A stretch of DNA of 63,215 nt, the filler included, from Basidiobolus ranarum (Eukaryota): NCBI GenBank assembly GCA_040143965.1. It is 44 parts of 44 records of this genome, joined end to end, with 100 filler letters (N's around TTAATTAATTAA, not from the genome) between each part and the next. Parts side by side here need not be neighbours in the genome. Positions count along the whole stretch, not along the records: positions 60,450 to 61,782 come from JASJQH010005503.1; positions 61,883 to 63,215 come from JASJQH010005504.1; 42 more parts are not named here. One strand, written 5' to 3'. How positions within the stretch are numbered: position 1 is the stretch's first letter; the number at the start of each line of letters is the position of its first letter. Both the position numbers and the translations under genes were made by a program. Below are positions 61,036-63,215 of the stretch, piece after piece. Under the pieces are notes generated by a model. It did no database searches, was not told the origin of the DNA, and was given only the letters and a program-made list of their open reading frames with translations.

Positions 61036-63215
61036 TGCTTCTATTGAGTATATTTGAGTTTGTGGAGAGGCTCTGCAGTCTTTATATAAGCTCGATGAGC
61101 ACAATATCTTTATCAAGTATAATATATTTCCTTATAATAGCTCTCTCTATTTCTTCACATATGGTAACAAGATATCTGCTTTAGTGCGCTAATATTAGAT
61201 AAAAGTTTGGGAATTATATCCAGACTCCTTTTCCAAAAAAAAGCAGTAGCAGAAGCGGATAATAGCCTAGCAACGCCGGTATTCAATCAGAATTATTAAA
61301 GATACTGTATTAGGTAATTCCGGGAATGACTATCACTATCTTGGGTGGCTTGCATTTGAAACGGGAAACTATTGTATGGGCAACTCATTTGCTTTTTCCT
61401 CAAACGATCAGTTGGATAAATTAATTGCGCCAACGCAATCCAAATGCTTGGTCTATAGTCATGTGACCTATAAACTAGACGTCTTGGTTTTTTTTGTAGA
61501 CATGATGATGATTTCTAAACAATACAATCTTACCTATACTATGGGTGTCCTACAGCGATAACTGAGGAGGAAGGGTGTTTGATTCTTGGCTTTCCTTTTG
61601 CTTGCCTTTTCTTTTACCTGGTTTTTGGGGCATAAATCGGTCAGGACGGGTCCCTTTTTCTCCAAGTGAAGCTAAGATATGCTGGAAATTAAGTAATGCA
61701 GAAAGGGCTCGGCTCCAAAGTCGGCTAATGCTACTGGCGGGGGGGGGCATCAAAAAATTTTTGTTTGTGCGCCAATTTGTCGNNNNNNNNNNNNNNNNNN
61801 NNNNNNNNNNNNNNNNNNNNNNNNNNTTAATTAATTAANNNNNNNNNNNNNNNNNNNNNNNNNNNNNNNNNNNNNNNNNNNNGAACAAAGCTATCAGTGA
61901 AGTATTTAGATTTAATTTTGAGCAAAATGCTTAAACAATCTGGAGCCAAAAAGCAGATTACACAGCTTCTAGAGCATAATATCTTATTTAATATGGAGTC
62001 AGCTGCTGCAACTGCAGCTAAGGTGATTGATGTGGAAATTTGGCAAGCAATTTAGAGGTATTCAGGCCCAGCAATTATGAAAATCATACTTAAAAGCTGG
62101 TAAGTTTTGTTAAAGATTAGAATATTTGCTATATATATTTTCCCTATCCACCAACACCTAAGTAGTCAATTTATCTATAACTTATATATGACATTGGATA
62201 AAAATGGCCTATTTGGTAAGTCAGAGTTGTGACTTTGACTTCCTACTATGGGAATTATGTGTGGGAGCTGGATATATGGCTTTCTCTGATGTGTTGCATT
62301 TGTGAACTTTCCACTCGAAGGTGACCTTGCCATTAGCAGCAGATGTTCACTTATTACCAGTGGCAAAAGCCATGAGCTACTGACCAGCCGTCGTACTGAT
62401 TGAGCTGAGCAGCCGAGACAAAAGAGGTGACAGCAATTAAGAAAAGAGTAATGCATGCTCTCATATTTCTACAATGCATATATATTGACAACTTTAGAGG
62501 TATGGCTTCTTATATAGACACTAGTGAGACCTTTATTTTTAATATTAGTGAAAGTATACTGGTTCACACAATTCTGGCTATACAAGACGTTCTACAATTT
62601 TTTAGATGAGTTAAATGTATAACGAGATGTTATACCTATCATAGTTCACAGCCGACTTTCAATTGTTGAATTTATACATCTTAAATCTTTTGATTGATAC
62701 ACATACAGATGTCAATATGGTTATCGCTTAAAAGTAGTATGTATCCTTTTACACATATATTTTCCTAAGTCTCAATATTGTGAATGAGTTCCTCAAGCAA
62801 TAGTGAGGGTTTTGTTGGATCAACTGTTCCACATCTTAAATGTAAATGTATACTGTTAACAGAGAACTCTTGCGTAATATAAATGTTCTTACTCTCAATG
62901 ATTTTTAGATGCAGAATCAATAGAGTTTTGCAGAAGAAACATCGTCTGGAAAAATATACAGCTTTTATATACCTGCGCCAGATGTACAGAAACCAGATAT
63001 CACGCAATTATAAATAGCAATCTTTTAAAGAATTTATACTTCCAAGAAGAAGTACTGAATGAGTAAATTCATCTAGTAAAACCACTACTGTGAGTACTTC
63101 AATGCTATTATTGGTTTTTAATCATTTCCTTTTTACAGACCCTTTCCCTCAAACCGTTCAAGCTTGGGAACATGAGTTCAAAAACAAAAAACCTCTTCGT
63201 ATTCTTGATCTCCAT

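Larger units (their letters stand above)
1346..61882. other. 43 artificial 100-bp contig spacers (N44-TTAATTAATTAA-N44), first at 1346-1445 and last at 61783-61882, separating 44 size-sorted contigs
   Basis: Identical spacer every ~1.44 kb; contig lengths fall monotonically from 1345 to 1333 bp; the 12-mer gives stops in all six frames. Confidence 0.99.

Noticed and set aside
60394-61116. Start codon at 61116 from the ORF track
   Set aside because: It lies upstream of the TATA box; ATG at 61035 gives a proper signal peptide.
1346-61882. Regularly spaced TTAATTAATTAA repeat resembling an array
   Set aside because: Always centred in N runs with size-sorted contigs between; an assembly linker, not CRISPR or satellite. 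ORF ends with X runs or LIN come from it.
1-63215. A multi-gene system made of the CHAP, deacetylase, monooxygenase and membrane genes
   Set aside because: They lie on separate unlinked contigs; order reflects contig length only.
61550-63215. Short ORFs and splice-like signals at 61550-61782 and 63010-63215
   Set aside because: No recognisable domain or consistent exon structure.

Overview
This window is not contiguous genome. It is 44 unplaced contigs of 1345 down to 1333 bp, sorted by length and joined by 43 identical 100-bp spacers (N44-TTAATTAATTAA-N44), so adjacency across spacers carries no information. The source is an AT-rich eukaryote, most likely an early-diverging fungus (inferred from a GT..CTAAC..AG intron, a fungal-type chitin deacetylase and the transposon repertoire). 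Most contigs are decayed, nested, CpG-depleted transposon fragments. They include several Ty1/copia families (LTR-A about 377 bp, LTR-B about 348 bp with a half-tRNA-iMet primer site), a Sushi/PEG10-like Ty3/gypsy with a -1 frameshift signal, other gypsy pieces, and an abundant CACTA/EnSpm-like element with CCCTAACA termini and a divergent second ORF. There is also a PIF/Harbinger-superfamily element with a Myb-like partner and a MITE. The few host-gene fragments are a CHAP-domain protein, an FAD-dependent monooxygenase, a chitin deacetylase and a tail-to-tail pair of membrane-protein paralogues. The most interesting signals are a miniature LTR element carrying a tRNA-like sequence in its LTR (48973-49188), a bacterial-type CHAP domain in eukaryotic context, an LTR packed with heat-shock elements, and LTRs ending in TA rather than CA. 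LTR family letters are my own labels, and all homology calls come from motif recognition by eye, not database searches.
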